Source of the DNA: Candidatus Culexarchaeum nevadense
GTDB lineage: Archaea > Thermoproteota > Methanomethylicia > Culexarchaeales > Culexarchaeaceae
DNA length: 64,000 bases
Direction: 5' to 3'
Assembly (NCBI GenBank): GCA_025060975.1
Contig: JANZKA010000003.1
Location: 1,101-65,100 of the forward strand
Positions 9,369-19,408 of the stretch are shown in pieces. The notes below the pieces were generated by a model. That model saw only the letters and a program-made list of their open reading frames with translations, was not told the DNA's origin and made no database searches. Position 1 is the stretch's first letter, and each line of letters opens with the position of its first letter. The position numbers were made by a program, and so were the translations under genes.

Positions 9369-10138
9369 ACCCAACTCACATCCCTAAACCTCTTAGCTGC
9401 AACTTCAGGTTCATCTGCCTGAAATATAGCTCTCCCCACAATAAAATATTCTGAACCTGCATCCAAGCAATTCTTAACATCCCCACCTTGAAAACCAACT
9501 CCAGGAGTATATATTGGAATATAGTCTCCAAGCAACTTTTTAACCTCCCTAATCTTCTCAGGATATGTTGCTCCAACAACAACTCCATCAGCCCCCCATT
9601 TAAGAGCTCTCTCAGCGAAAAGCATGTATAGAGGTTTAAACCCCCCCTCAACGTAAACTGGAAGCTCATAACTTTCAGGGGAAGCTTTATGACTCATATA
9701 TGTGAGGAGTATAACCCCCCTACCACCATACTCCTTAGCAACCTCAAATACGGGTTCAACACCCTCACTCCAACCAACCATTGGATTAACTATTATAGCA
9801 TCAAATCCCGCTTCAAAATAATGCTTTGTAGCCCAAAGGTTCGTGTGACCTACATCACTAAGCTTACAATCAATTATAGCTGGAATACCAAGATCATGTG
9901 CTAAATCCACAATATCACTAACCCCACCATAAAGTCCAAGAGGCAATAACAATTGCATATTAATTTTAACAGCACATATGTATTGTGAAACTAGAGATAA
10001 AATCTTCATAGCCCTCTCCTTCAAAGACCAAAACCCCTCATCCCTTGGAAGCATAGATAAATCCAAAGCCAGAATTATCCTACTCCCCCTAGACCTAGAA
10101 ACCGAGGCAATATAATCCTTAAACTTCACAAAATACAC
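9365..10138 (-). CDS. pyrF: orotidine 5'-phosphate decarboxylase (archaeal long type)
   Basis: ILALDLS and D-x-K-x-x-D (IIDCKLSDVGHT) OMP decarboxylase motifs, and a C-terminal IVGRAI. 257 aa. Confidence 0.6.
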   Translation of the reverse strand: MYFVKFKDYIASVSRSRGSRIILALDLSMLPRDEGFWSLKERAMKILSLVSQYICAVKINMQLLLPLGLYGGVSDIVDLAHDLGIPAIIDCKLSDVGHTNLWATKHYFEAGFDAIIVNPMVGWSEGVEPVFEVAKEYGGRGVILLTYMSHKASPESYELPVYVEGGFKPLYMLFAERALKWGADGVVVGATYPEKIREVKKLLGDYIPIYTPGVGFQGGDVKNCLDAGSEYFIVGRAIFQADEPEVAAKRFRDVSWV

Positions 10139-10238
10139 CTATAAACAATATCCACAAAATAGCTATATAGCTTATCATAGTACGGTGTAATGGGAAAAAT
10201 TTAACAAACACCTAAACCCATATAATCATGACCAACCT

Positions 10239-10463
10239 ATGAGTGAAGATAAAAGTAGGGATCTTGATAAACTATTACGGGAAAGACTCATATTCTATAG
10301 GTTAATGAGTGAAGGAAGCCTAACAGAATCAATACCACAAGGAATATACTTACATAATGAAACAATCAAGCTACTTATAAAGATAATCGAAGATTTAAGG
10401 AGGATCGAGGGGAAATTGGATGAAATATTAAGGAGAATACAGCAAATACAAGGGAGCTATTGA
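10239..10463 (+). CDS. small hypothetical coiled-coil protein
   Basis: ORF only. Charged, heptad-like sequence with no recognisable family. Confidence 0.25.
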   Translation: MSEDKSRDLDKLLRERLIFYRLMSEGSLTESIPQGIYLHNETIKLLIKIIEDLRRIEGKLDEILRRIQQIQGSY

Positions 10464-10490
10464 AATCAAAACGTTCTGCGAGGTGCTGGA

Positions 10491-11258
10491 ATGATACGTG
10501 AAAACGATGATGTAATATTATACTTCGATCAAAGAGTAAACTACATGATAAAACTAAAGAGAGATCAAGTACTCCACAGCCATAAGGGGTACATAAAGAT
10601 GAACGACATAATAGGGAAAAGATATGGGGAAAAAGTGAAAAGCCACCTTGGAATCGAATTCCACATACTCAAACCAACCATAAGAGACTATATAATGAAA
10701 GCTTCCAGGAAAACGCAAATAATATACCCAAAAGACATCGCAACAATAATACACTACTCTGGAATAGGCCCAGGATCAAGAGTTATAGAGGCTGGAACAG
10801 GTTCAGGAGCTCTCACAATAGCATTAGCATACTATGTGAAGCCAAACGGTAAAGTATACAGTTACGACAATAGGGAAGATCATATAAGAGTAGCTAAAAG
10901 CAATATTGAAAGAGCTGGATTAATGGATTACGTGGAATTAAAACTTAGAGATGTAAATGAAGGATTTGATGAAAAAGATGTAGATGCAGTAATACTCGAC
11001 CTACCATCACCATGGATGATAGTTGAAAAAGCATACATGGCACTAGCAGATTGGGGGGTAATAGTCAGCTATAGCCCATCAATAGAACAAGTGATAAAAA
11101 CTGTTGAAGCATTGGAAAAAGCGAAATTCGTTGGAATAGAATGTATAGAGAACATTCAGAGGAGATGGAAAGTAAAGCCAAATGAAACAAGACCAGAAAC
11201 ATTAATGATAGGACATACCGGATACATAGTATTAGCCAGAAAATCCCTGGAGGCTTGA
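10491..11258 (+). CDS. trmI: tRNA (adenine57/58-N1)-methyltransferase TrmI (Gcd14 family)
   Basis: SAM-binding motif VIEAGTGSGALT, an aspartate motif (ILDLPSPW) and a 255-aa archaeal TrmI architecture. Confidence 0.75.
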   Translation: MIRENDDVILYFDQRVNYMIKLKRDQVLHSHKGYIKMNDIIGKRYGEKVKSHLGIEFHILKPTIRDYIMKASRKTQIIYPKDIATIIHYSGIGPGSRVIEAGTGSGALTIALAYYVKPNGKVYSYDNREDHIRVAKSNIERAGLMDYVELKLRDVNEGFDEKDVDAVILDLPSPWMIVEKAYMALADWGVIVSYSPSIEQVIKTVEALEKAKFVGIECIENIQRRWKVKPNETRPETLMIGHTGYIVLARKSLEA

Positions 11259-11261
11259 AAA

Positions 11262-12851
11262 ATGGAGAAACTATGGAGAAACATTACAATACTACTAATA
11301 ATGATAGTAATCTCCATCCCCACAACAACCCATACAATACAAGCCTACAATAAATTAAACACATCACAACACAATGGATTATACACATACATATGTGATG
11401 TAGACTACGATGGAGTAACAAAGGTAACAATAACATATGACTCACATATTACAAGTGGAAGATCATGGCTTCTAGTACCCAGAAACTTCACAAAATATAC
11501 ACTAACAGTAATTAGTGGAAGCATAGTGCATGGAGAAGTTAAGAGGGCATATACGAGGGAGGGGGAGGAATTCGCATTCTACGACAACTTCACATTCACA
11601 TATCTAGGAGATCCAAACTTCAAATTAAAATTGAATTACACAATGGATAATGGTGCATTGATAGTTGAACCCCGATGTTTCTTCTATTCACCACAAATAT
11701 ACTTCAACCCAGCAGATACTGGAATAGTATACGTATATCTACCAGAAGACAGCAAAGTTTTAGAAGGAAATGTGCAACCACCACCTACAAGCATAACATT
11801 TGAAGATAGAAAGCAAAAGATAACTATAAAGCTCCAAACAAATAGTGCAAGGATAGCCATAGAATACACTACAAGCATGCCTGGAAATCTAAAGACCTAC
11901 AGTAAGGGGATATTTGAAGTTATAACACCACATAGATATATGGATATAGCGGAAAACCTAATAAGAACATACGAAACATTCTACACTAATCTAACAAAGA
12001 TATTTGGTGTAAACCTCACAAACATAAGGATAATCTTCTTTGCACCAAGAATGACAGATCTTGGAACAGGGGGGTACATACCATTCAATGGAACACACCT
12101 AGGAAACATATACCTAAACCTACTATACACGAGAACTGTACAGGGATTCTGGGAGCAAATAGCACTCCATGAACTCATACATCACTTCACATGGGCTGCC
12201 GGAATATCACCAAACGTACTATGGTTACATGAAGGGTTAGCGGAATATCTTAGCATAAATTTGACAATGAACATGGGATGGACTGGAGCACTATCAAGAG
12301 TAAAGACCTTAGAGGATACCGCTAAACAATTGAGTGGCAACTATGGATTCGTGCAATGGTGGAATCCACTACAAACACCATCAAATATACTAAGCTACTA
12401 TGCAGCATCATACATGATAGTGAAAACTGTAGTTGAAGAGAATGGCGGAACAAGCTTCCTACAAAAACTGTTCAGGGAAATTAAGGGGACAACCATAAGT
12501 GACACAGACACACTAATACAATACATGAGCATGGCTGCTGGAAGAGATCTAACATTAAAATTCATCAGTTTCGGATTTAAAGTTGCAGGGGAATCAGAAA
12601 TTTATAAGATGATAGTAGAAGCAAAATATGCATTAATGAAGAAGAGGTGGGCTCAACCCTTCGCATTGATAGCCAATTGGCTATTAGACACTTCAATAAA
12701 CATGCTATCCTCGGGGAATATCATGCTGGCAACAATTATTGGATGGATAGGCATATTTATATCTATGCTAGCAGTGACATTAACTGTAGCATTATGGGGT
12801 GGAATACTAGTATTATTAACCATGAAGGTGCGTGGTGAAGATGAACTATAA
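11262..12851 (+). CDS. membrane-anchored putative zinc metallopeptidase (HExxH...EGxAxY, Peptidase_MA-like)
   Basis: N-terminal signal/TM segment, HELIHH plus a downstream HEGLAEY gluzincin-like motif, two C-terminal TM helices and many N-glycosylation sequons (NxT/S), typical of S-layer-associated crenarchaeal exoproteins. Confidence 0.5.
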   Translation: MEKLWRNITILLIMIVISIPTTTHTIQAYNKLNTSQHNGLYTYICDVDYDGVTKVTITYDSHITSGRSWLLVPRNFTKYTLTVISGSIVHGEVKRAYTREGEEFAFYDNFTFTYLGDPNFKLKLNYTMDNGALIVEPRCFFYSPQIYFNPADTGIVYVYLPEDSKVLEGNVQPPPTSITFEDRKQKITIKLQTNSARIAIEYTTSMPGNLKTYSKGIFEVITPHRYMDIAENLIRTYETFYTNLTKIFGVNLTNIRIIFFAPRMTDLGTGGYIPFNGTHLGNIYLNLLYTRTVQGFWEQIALHELIHHFTWAAGISPNVLWLHEGLAEYLSINLTMNMGWTGALSRVKTLEDTAKQLSGNYGFVQWWNPLQTPSNILSYYAASYMIVKTVVEENGGTSFLQKLFREIKGTTISDTDTLIQYMSMAAGRDLTLKFISFGFKVAGESEIYKMIVEAKYALMKKRWAQPFALIANWLLDTSINMLSSGNIMLATIIGWIGIFISMLAVTLTVALWGGILVLLTMKVRGEDEL

Positions 12852-13602
12852 GAAGATAGAGATAATTGGGTTGAAGGGAATCCCAGATATAAAGGCTGGA
12901 GACGACTTAGCAAAAATGATATGTGAAAAAGCCGATGAACAGATTGGAGGACTAAGGGAGGGAGATATAATAGTCGTCGCAAGCAAGATAGTTGCCAAGG
13001 CTGAAGGTAGGATAGTTAGGTTAAGCGATGTACAACCATCACCATTCGCAAGGAGAGTTGCAGAATTAACTGGGAAAACCCCTGAACTTGTGGAGTTAAT
13101 ACTTAGAGAGAGCAATAAAATAGTGAAAATGAAAAATAGACATTTAATAGTTGAAACGAAACATGGATTCGTATGCGCCAATGCAGGGATAGATAAATCC
13201 AACGTCGCTGGAGATGAGGAAGTAGTTTCACTACTACCAGAAGATCCAGATCAATCAGCCAGGAGAATAAAGGAAGACATAATGAAGATAAAGAATGTTG
13301 ATGTTGCAGTTATAATATCAGACACTTTTGGGAGGGCTTGGAGGAGGGGGCATGTGAACTTTGCCATAGGGGTTGCTGGAATTAAAGTTATAAAGGATTA
13401 TAGGGGGAGTCAAGACATGTATGGCTACATGTTAAGGGTAACCCAAATAGCCGTAGTCGATGAACTTGCAGCTGCAGCTGAATTAGCTATGGGTAAAAGT
13501 GATAGAATTCCAGTAGTTGTAATTAGGGGGTATGATTACCCAAGGGGAGACGACTCAATAAAGAATCTACTATACCCAGAGGAAAAAGACTTATTTAGAT
13601 AG
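12832..13602 (+). CDS. cofE: F420-0:gamma-glutamyl ligase (CofE) family protein
   Basis: GDDLA, GDIIVVASKIVAKAEGR, ANAGID-SN and DTFGRAWRRG motifs characteristic of CofE. 256 aa. Start overlaps the preceding gene by 20 nt. Confidence 0.7.
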   Translation: MVKMNYKKIEIIGLKGIPDIKAGDDLAKMICEKADEQIGGLREGDIIVVASKIVAKAEGRIVRLSDVQPSPFARRVAELTGKTPELVELILRESNKIVKMKNRHLIVETKHGFVCANAGIDKSNVAGDEEVVSLLPEDPDQSARRIKEDIMKIKNVDVAVIISDTFGRAWRRGHVNFAIGVAGIKVIKDYRGSQDMYGYMLRVTQIAVVDELAAAAELAMGKSDRIPVVVIRGYDYPRGDDSIKNLLYPEEKDLFR

Positions 13603-14964
13603 AGATTTAATGGTATCCTTAACTAATCCAACACATATATCAAACATTTTTGAAGCCCAATTTTCATCTAGGCTCTCAACAAAAACCCTGAAAACATCTT
13701 CTGTTCCAGAAGGCCTAAGTAAAACCCAACCTTCATCGAAAATTATCTTCAAACCATCAATATCAATAATCTCCTTTGGTTGAAACATATCTAGAAGTTT
13801 TGCCTTAACGGATATGAGGGTAATTTCTTTATACTCATCTACACATGGAATTGCAATCTTGAATTGGAAGTATTTTGGGAAATCCTTAATGATATTGGAT
13901 ATCGACCCATACTTTGAAACTAGCATCAACATGTACATTATAGCATAGCCTGGATCTCCATAAAGTATGTTTTGAGGCCAAATATACTTCCCAGATTCCT
14001 CAAAAGCAAAAACAACACCATCAATCCTCCTAACAGCTTCAACTATTTCAGGTGGACCAACCCTAGTGAAATGAATTCTACCATTAAACTTCTTGGAAAC
14101 ATCAACTATCAAATTAGATGTATTTATTGGGCATACAATTACACCACCACCAGTCTTCAATAAGATTTCACGGGCAAAAATTGCTCCAGCAAGATCACCT
14201 GAAATCACACATCCATGTTCATCAACAAATATACACCTATCACCATCACCATCAACACCAAAACCGAAATCTCCAACACCATTAACTATCATACTTGAAA
14301 CATCACGTAAACTTGAAACATTGACATCAGCACCTCTACCAGGGAAAAAACCATCAGGATGAGAATTAACATCAATGAATTCAATATCTAAACGATCAAA
14401 CAATGCTTGAAAATATGGTGCATATGCACTATTACCCATATCTCCAACAACTCTAAATCCTCCAACCCTTCCAATGTTACCAAAACCCCCAATAACCGAT
14501 TCAACATATAATCCACATATATCATGTAAATATTCCAAATCCCCAATAATCCCACTAAATTGTAAATTTGAATTTAAAAGATCTTCAATTACAATGGATT
14601 CTGATTGTGAAAGCTCTCCAGTATCACCCTTAAAGAACATTATCCCACAAAATCTTGAAGGAGTATGACTTGCTGAAACCATTATGGCACCATCAAGCTT
14701 TAAAATCTTAACTAAATGTAGAAGTACTGGGGTTGGAACTAAACCAGCATAGTAAACATTTAAACCTGAAAACAATGCACCAGAAATACAGGCTTCAACT
14801 AAAACCCTAGATGGAAACCTTGCATCAAATCCAATGGCAATATCCCCAGACCCTCCTAGAAATTTTGAAAATGCCATTGAAAGTTTAACAGCCAATTCAG
14901 GAGTTAAAGTACGATTGATCTCCCCCCTCACACCAGAAGTGCCAAATAGACGTTTATGAGACAT
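13591..14964 (-). CDS. phosphomannomutase / phosphoglucomutase (alpha-D-phosphohexomutase)
   Basis: Active-site SASHTPS, metal-binding GVDGDGDR and a sugar-binding loop. 457 aa. Confidence 0.85.
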   Translation of the reverse strand: MSHKRLFGTSGVRGEINRTLTPELAVKLSMAFSKFLGGSGDIAIGFDARFPSRVLVEACISGALFSGLNVYYAGLVPTPVLLHLVKILKLDGAIMVSASHTPSRFCGIMFFKGDTGELSQSESIVIEDLLNSNLQFSGIIGDLEYLHDICGLYVESVIGGFGNIGRVGGFRVVGDMGNSAYAPYFQALFDRLDIEFIDVNSHPDGFFPGRGADVNVSSLRDVSSMIVNGVGDFGFGVDGDGDRCIFVDEHGCVISGDLAGAIFAREILLKTGGGVIVCPINTSNLIVDVSKKFNGRIHFTRVGPPEIVEAVRRIDGVVFAFEESGKYIWPQNILYGDPGYAIMYMLMLVSKYGSISNIIKDFPKYFQFKIAIPCVDEYKEITLISVKAKLLDMFQPKEIIDIDGLKIIFDEGWVLLRPSGTEDVFRVFVESLDENWASKMFDICVGLVKDTIKSLSK

Positions 14965-15237
14965 ACAATAATGTTATGTTTAGAGGAATATTTGAACTAA
15001 ACGTTTAAAGATGACATACATGCAACAGAAAAATTAAATGAAAAGGAAAATTTAAACTTTAAATCAGAAGAAATCAAAAAATAAACTCTTATTTTTAATT
15101 TAAACCAAAATTTTAGGTTTAAATTGATTTTAAACGGAAAATTTCTGTTTAAAACTAAATTTTGAATAGGAGAAGTCTAAAAAGCAATATTAAAACCGAA
15201 TTTTTCCATAAAAAGATGGAAAAAGCCATAGAAAAGT

Positions 15238-15271
15238 TTAAATTTTATATTCTATTATGATAGGAGGGGGG
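15238..15271 (+). promoter_or_regulatory. putative TATA (tttaaattttatat) plus Shine-Dalgarno (ggaggggggg) upstream of the AdoMetDC-like gene
   Basis: A/T-rich TATA-like element about 25-35 nt upstream. A GGAGG-type RBS lies 3-11 nt before the ATG at 15274. Confidence 0.3.
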
Positions 15272-15273
15272 AA

Positions 15274-15633
15274 ATGCAGGCGGAGGAGATAAAAGCTGTT
15301 GGAAAACACGTATATGGAAGCCTCTACGGATGCGACAAAAACATGTTAGCTGACATAACATTCCTAAAAGAGTTGATTGTCAAAGCAGCAGAAGTTGCAA
15401 AGGCAAAATTGGTAAGTGTTGAAGCTTATAGCATAGGTGAATACAATGCTGTGATAGGAGTTGTCCTAGAATCACATATATCAATACATGCATGGCCAAA
15501 CCTAGAATATGCCACAATAGATGCATTTACATGTGGTAGAACTGATCCTGAAGCCGCCTTTAACTACATTATAGAAACACTAAAACCTAAGAAGTACACT
15601 AAGAACTATGTAGATAGATCTAGTGAACTGTAA
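15274..15633 (+). CDS. pyruvoyl-dependent S-adenosylmethionine decarboxylase-like proenzyme (AdoMetDC or the crenarchaeal arginine decarboxylase paralogue)
   Basis: ESHISIHAWPN matches the SpeH self-cleavage/active-site region (ES cleavage site). 119 aa. Confidence 0.7.
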   Translation: MQAEEIKAVGKHVYGSLYGCDKNMLADITFLKELIVKAAEVAKAKLVSVEAYSIGEYNAVIGVVLESHISIHAWPNLEYATIDAFTCGRTDPEAAFNYIIETLKPKKYTKNYVDRSSEL

Positions 15634-15764
15634 GTTTTTACAACATCTTGATGAAAGCCCACCCCCTATTTCAACATCTCCTCACATGTGTAATGGTAGT
15701 CTATATATGGAGGAATGTAAAATTATATTTAAATTGATGAGAAAAATATTATGTCTAGCTTAAA

Positions 15765-16304
15765 TTGAATAATGAAGGCAAGTATAAGGGGCGCATGAAA
15801 TTGACTGATGGAATCTGTATATATTGTGGTAGATTAGCTGACGGGAATATATGCGATAAATGTCTTTCAGAGAGGAATATTGAAAGATTGAAGAAGGAAG
15901 TTTTATTTAAAGTTGAGGGTAGAGTTAAGTTGAATGAATTTAAGAAGTTCATACTGATATCCATAGCTAGACACAACCTATCAGTTTTAGAGCAACATTT
16001 CAATCAAAGAAACCTCTACCCAGAAATTTCTGGGAGAATATGGTTGAATGCCAATAGTAAGAGTGTTGTGGGAAGCTTTGAAATACATAGTGGTGAAATT
16101 GTGGATATAGTTAAAGCAGATGTTGTACATCAAATAACATATAAGAGTAGAAGTAAACATACAGTTTTGAAGTGGAAGGCAATATATAAAAGTGAAGGGA
16201 TAATGAGTGGAGTTGCCACAACACATGCACTTAAAAACTTGTACGATGCTGGTATAGATATAAATAAGCTGAAAATAGAGAGTGTAAAGTTAGATTTGAC
16301 TTAG
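15765..16304 (+). CDS. hypothetical protein with N-terminal Zn-ribbon (CIYCG...CDKC)
   Basis: ORF with a four-Cys ribbon. No family recognised. Confidence 0.3.
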   Translation: MNNEGKYKGRMKLTDGICIYCGRLADGNICDKCLSERNIERLKKEVLFKVEGRVKLNEFKKFILISIARHNLSVLEQHFNQRNLYPEISGRIWLNANSKSVVGSFEIHSGEIVDIVKADVVHQITYKSRSKHTVLKWKAIYKSEGIMSGVATTHALKNLYDAGIDINKLKIESVKLDLT

Positions 16305-17789
16305 AAATGATACTAGAAGATCCATGAGAATTCTCGGGTATATTCCGAGGAGAACAGTGAAGAAGACTAGCACCATCATTGGAGCTAAAACGAGGATTGA
16401 AGGTTCATGAACCTCCTCCAATTCATCCTTCAAAGGACCAAAGAAAACTCTCCTAATAGTCCACAGGGCATAACCAGCCGTCAATACACTACCTACAAGT
16501 CCAAGTGCAACTACAATAAGCCTCATAGCATCATGAGATTCTATAGCTCCATGGAAAGCTCCAGTAAAGATCATCCACTCACTTTGAAAACCATTTAATG
16601 GTGGCGTCCCAGCAATACCCAAAAACCCTATTAAAGCTGCAACCGCAGTTAAAGGCATCTTCCTAGCTAAACCACCAAATTTCGAAATACTCCTTAAACC
16701 ATGAGTTTCAAGCATCAATGCTCCAGCAACCATGAAGAGGACAGCTTTACATGTCCCATGACTAACATAATGATACATTGCTCCACCAACCCCAACGGGA
16801 TCTGCACTTGAAAGTCCCAGTAATATGTACCCCATCTGAGAAGCACTAGAATATGCTAGTAGCCTCTTAATATCATCTTGTGCAAGGGCCATGGCTCCAG
16901 CATAAACCATCGTTATAATGGCTAATGCACTTAAAGCTAAGCTAAATGAACCCCAAAGATCTGGAAATGCTGAGTAAATTATCCTTACAGTTGCATATCC
17001 ACCAAGTCCAATCATTGCTGGTGATAATAGTGCACTTATGGGTGTTGGAGCTTCTGCATGTGCATCTGGAAGCCATGTGTGTAATGGGACTATAGCCATC
17101 TTAACAGCAAAACCGAAAAACATTGCCACAACAGCCCACTTCAAATATTCACCGGGATGTGTAAAGCGACTAAGAGAAGCAATTAATGGGAGTTCGAAGG
17201 TTCCATATATTGAGTACAAAGTTAATATTCCTGCAAGTAATCCAAGTGCACCTACATGTGTATAAATGAAGTATTTCAATGCAATTTTCTCCCTCTCACC
17301 ATAACCCCAAATGTTTATCAAAGCCCATGATGGTAGCAACATAAGCTCCCAGAAGAAGTAGAATTGAATGAGGTTTGTGGATAAAGCTGTTCCAATCATC
17401 CCTAAAGCGTAAAGTATATATAAAGCGTAGTAAGCAGCATGTTGAGCTTTATCTTCTCCTATATGATGCTCCATGTAGGGCATTGAATATATCGATACTA
17501 CAGCACACAACAATGTAACTGTGAATATTATGGGTAAACTTAAACCATCAACTAGAAAGCCGAAGTTTAAACCTATAGATGGCACTAAGGGTATGAAGAA
17601 GAGCACTGGACCCATTGAAGAGACTATTGGTATGAGCATTAGTGAAGCTATGAATGAGTATAGTAGGGGGATAAATGCAATCCAACCACATTTACTTCCA
17701 ATCCACCTACCAACAATGTATGTTATTGGTAGAAAGATGGACAAGATCACTATGATTGAGAAGGCTAAACCCTCAGCGAACATCAACAC
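16290..17789 (-). CDS. complex-I-type antiporter-like subunit (NuoN/NuoM/MrpD family)
   Basis: About 14 TM helices and proton-pumping antiporter family motifs (e.g. WLPDAH, GF..K). 499 aa. Confidence 0.75.
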   Translation of the reverse strand: MLMFAEGLAFSIIVILSIFLPITYIVGRWIGSKCGWIAFIPLLYSFIASLMLIPIVSSMGPVLFFIPLVPSIGLNFGFLVDGLSLPIIFTVTLLCAVVSIYSMPYMEHHIGEDKAQHAAYYALYILYALGMIGTALSTNLIQFYFFWELMLLPSWALINIWGYGEREKIALKYFIYTHVGALGLLAGILTLYSIYGTFELPLIASLSRFTHPGEYLKWAVVAMFFGFAVKMAIVPLHTWLPDAHAEAPTPISALLSPAMIGLGGYATVRIIYSAFPDLWGSFSLALSALAIITMVYAGAMALAQDDIKRLLAYSSASQMGYILLGLSSADPVGVGGAMYHYVSHGTCKAVLFMVAGALMLETHGLRSISKFGGLARKMPLTAVAALIGFLGIAGTPPLNGFQSEWMIFTGAFHGAIESHDAMRLIVVALGLVGSVLTAGYALWTIRRVFFGPLKDELEEVHEPSILVLAPMMVLVFFTVLLGIYPRILMDLLVSFLSQI

Positions 17790-17851
17790 ACCTCCACGTC
17801 AAATTCGTAACATTAATGTTATAACTATATACAGTATAAAACTTTTATGAT

Positions 17852-19282
17852 TTAAAAGACCGTATTGTGCAGTATTTCATTCACAACATTAGATTTAACT
17901 TCCCCAATAACATAATGTATAAATTCATAGAGACGCTCAGATATTACGCTAGATCTAAGTGCATTATCAAGAATCTCTAAATCCAGTACTTTAATTTCAC
18001 AATTCGGTTTAATACATACATCTACTGCTAAATCAATATACCTCAATCTGCCAGGATAGATTTCCACAGGAGTATTTATGTTCACGTAAGCTCCAATAAA
18101 TTTGCCATCACTAGAATAGTATTTTGAAACATAATACCAATCACCAAATCTTATTGTAGTTAAAATCTTATCCCCAACTTTCCTAGCAACATTTAAACCA
18201 TCATAGATACCTGGAGATTTAACTCTCCTAACAATTTCCAGTCCACCATCAAAAACTCTAACAAATTCAATATTGCCGAGCAGTACAACTTCACCATTAA
18301 GTTTAACGTGCTCCAAGAACTTTATACTTCCAATAAACTTACGTTTAAAATGTTCAAGCTCAGAAACCATGCTCTCAACATTAACCCCAAGTTTCATTGC
18401 CTCCTCAATTTTGTCAACGAGATTAGACTGCAATTTACCGAGAGATTTGAAGTAGTGATGTGAACTCACAGTTGGAGTAACCTTCCTCCTAATATCATCT
18501 AAAACAATTTTGGAATCATGGGGGAATAATACGTTCATAAGCGAGTACCCTTCAACCAGTAAGCTCCAAACAGGGGAATTCTGCAAAGAACTCTGCAATT
18601 CCTCATATTTGCGAATTAAATTTGAAATCTCATTTAAAATATCCTCCTTAGATGCACTTTTAAATGAAGACCTAAATATTACACCGAACCCTTCTGGGAG
18701 TATATCATAGTAGGATTTCAGATCATCATCCACAACACCTTTAATACGAAGCCTCCTACTAAGCTTCACCCCCTCACCTCTAAATAGAACTACATGTTCC
18801 CCAGCCAACCCTATACGTGTAGTCAATATAGGTTTACCAAAAACCACTGAAATCTTATCCACTTGAACAATAACTTCATCACCAATCTTTAAAGATTCAT
18901 CATGAAGTTTTAAAGTCCCAATAAGCCCATCCTCTATTGAGACGTATGCAATCCCTTTAACTTTGTCAATAGCTTCAACTCTACCCTTATAAATTCCCCT
19001 AACACTATATGATTCAACATTTAAAATTGCATCAAAAAGATATTTATGTATAATCTTCCTAATTTCATCCACAAGCTTCCTTGAAGCAAGAATGTGAACC
19101 CCATACTTATCCTCACGATCAAAAACATCAATATCGTAAGGCATAAACTCAGCTTCTTCATCAATATTAAACCTATCCTCAGCTATCTTTGATGGTTGAA
19201 CAACCCTATAACCTTCATCAATAAAAATCTTTGAGAGAGCAGTAGAATATATCCCTCTAACTCTAACTCTAATGGGATTCAT
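17852..19282 (-). CDS. FAU-1-type RNA-binding protein / RNase E/G-like ribonuclease
   Basis: The N-terminus VRVRGIYSTALSKIFIDEGYRVVQPS closely resembles archaeal FAU-1 N-termini. About 475 aa with an S1-like region. The call rests on recalled family features, not a search. Confidence 0.5.
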   Translation of the reverse strand: MNPIRVRVRGIYSTALSKIFIDEGYRVVQPSKIAEDRFNIDEEAEFMPYDIDVFDREDKYGVHILASRKLVDEIRKIIHKYLFDAILNVESYSVRGIYKGRVEAIDKVKGIAYVSIEDGLIGTLKLHDESLKIGDEVIVQVDKISVVFGKPILTTRIGLAGEHVVLFRGEGVKLSRRLRIKGVVDDDLKSYYDILPEGFGVIFRSSFKSASKEDILNEISNLIRKYEELQSSLQNSPVWSLLVEGYSLMNVLFPHDSKIVLDDIRRKVTPTVSSHHYFKSLGKLQSNLVDKIEEAMKLGVNVESMVSELEHFKRKFIGSIKFLEHVKLNGEVVLLGNIEFVRVFDGGLEIVRRVKSPGIYDGLNVARKVGDKILTTIRFGDWYYVSKYYSSDGKFIGAYVNINTPVEIYPGRLRYIDLAVDVCIKPNCEIKVLDLEILDNALRSSVISERLYEFIHYVIGEVKSNVVNEILHNTVF

Positions 19283-19408
19283 GACGCTAAATCACCCATA
19301 CCATCAAACCTAAATATAAGTGGCTTTGACCCCCCATATCTCAATATTAGAATTATCTAACTCCACTAATTAAGATAGAGCTATAAAAAGTTATAAGATT
19401 TAATGAAC

